This document shows positions 63,565-64,000 of a stretch of DNA of 64,000 nt, in pieces. A program made the position numbers and the translations under genes. The DNA is from a virus. The stretch is taken from positions 5,794-69,793 of the IMG/VR virus record IMGVR_UViG_3300050821_016964; one strand, written 5' to 3'. Position 1 is the stretch's first letter; each line of letters starts with the position of its first letter. Below the pieces are notes generated by a model. It worked only from the letters and a program-made list of their open reading frames with translations. It was not told the DNA's origin and made no database searches.

Positions 63565-64000
63565 AAGCGCGCACGCCCGAGAAGTGGTGTGACTATCGCC
63601 CAGTCGTCACCGTGATGGACGTCCTCGAGACCGGCGCCTGTTTCTCTGGAATCCAGGAATTCCTCACCTCACATCATCGCGTGATCACCGCGCCCGCCGA
63701 TCGCTACCGAGAGTCCCACATCCAAGTTGCCGCCCGTGCTGACGGCTACGGCGGCTACGGCGACGGCGGCTACGGCTACGGCGGCGGCTACGACGGCGGC
63801 TACGGCTACGGCTACGGCGACGGCGACGACGGCGACGGCTACGGCGACGGCGGCTACGGCTACGGCGGCGGCGGCGGCTACGGCGGCGGCGACGGCTACG
63901 GCTACGGCGGCGGCTACGGCGACGACGGCTACGGCGACGGCGGCGGCTACGGCTACGACGGCGACGGCTACGGCGGCGGCTACGGCTACGACGGCGACGG
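63561..64000 (+). CDS. Gly/Tyr/Asp-repeat protein (truncated at window edge)
   Basis: GTG start; from 63741 a low-complexity GGC/TAC/GAC array (DGYGGYGDGG...). Confidence 0.75.
   Translation, partial: MKARTPEKWCDYRPVVTVMDVLETGACFSGIQEFLTSHHRVITAPADRYRESHIQVAARADGYGGYGDGGYGYGGGYDGGYGYGYGDGDDGDGYGDGGYGYGGGGGYGGGDGYGYGGGYGDDGYGDGGGYGYDGDGYGGGYGYDGD

Noticed and set aside
1-64000. cas genes, integrase, reverse transcriptase/DGR, transposase, rRNA
   Set aside because: No diagnostic motifs found. The spacer/terL pair is not an adenine-specific TR/VR pair and no RT is present.

Overview
GC-rich tailed-phage (Caudoviricetes) genome segment, probably most of a genome. Gene content is podovirus-like: large terminase, P22-like portal, head-tail adaptor, tail stabilisation protein, ejection proteins and fibres, with no recognisable tape-measure gene. 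The host is most likely a planctomycete, based on a LEPR-XLL-like motif with PKD domain and a Planctomycete-type 'RPFPTWSE' protein. Layout: a minus-strand virion/packaging arm (1-40.7 kb), a plus-strand replication/recombination arm (40.8-53.9 kb), a detached minus-strand capsid module (53.9-60.3 kb), a non-coding possible terminus (60.6-61.3 kb) and plus-strand early genes. No cas genes, integrase or reverse transcriptase were seen. Main findings: (1) Two self-contained CRISPR-derived RNA units (promoter, one ATTGAAAC-ending repeat, spacer, hairpin) bracket the terminase genes. The spacer of one is the last part of a terminase gene, and the phage's own copy 130 bp away differs only by synonymous changes concentrated in the seed. 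This suggests a Cas-borrowing anti-competitor weapon with self-immunity by recoding. (2) Many AT-rich patches sit on conserved motifs of structural genes. (3) A 19-bp palindrome occurs four times, once inside a parB-like gene (parS-like). (4) Three genes appear to start at ATC behind a shared GGAGGTGTGYC leader. (5) A tRNA-like RNA overlaps a ribosome-binding site. (6) Several cassettes are inserted with duplicated gene junctions. All functional calls are motif recognition by eye; no database searches were run.
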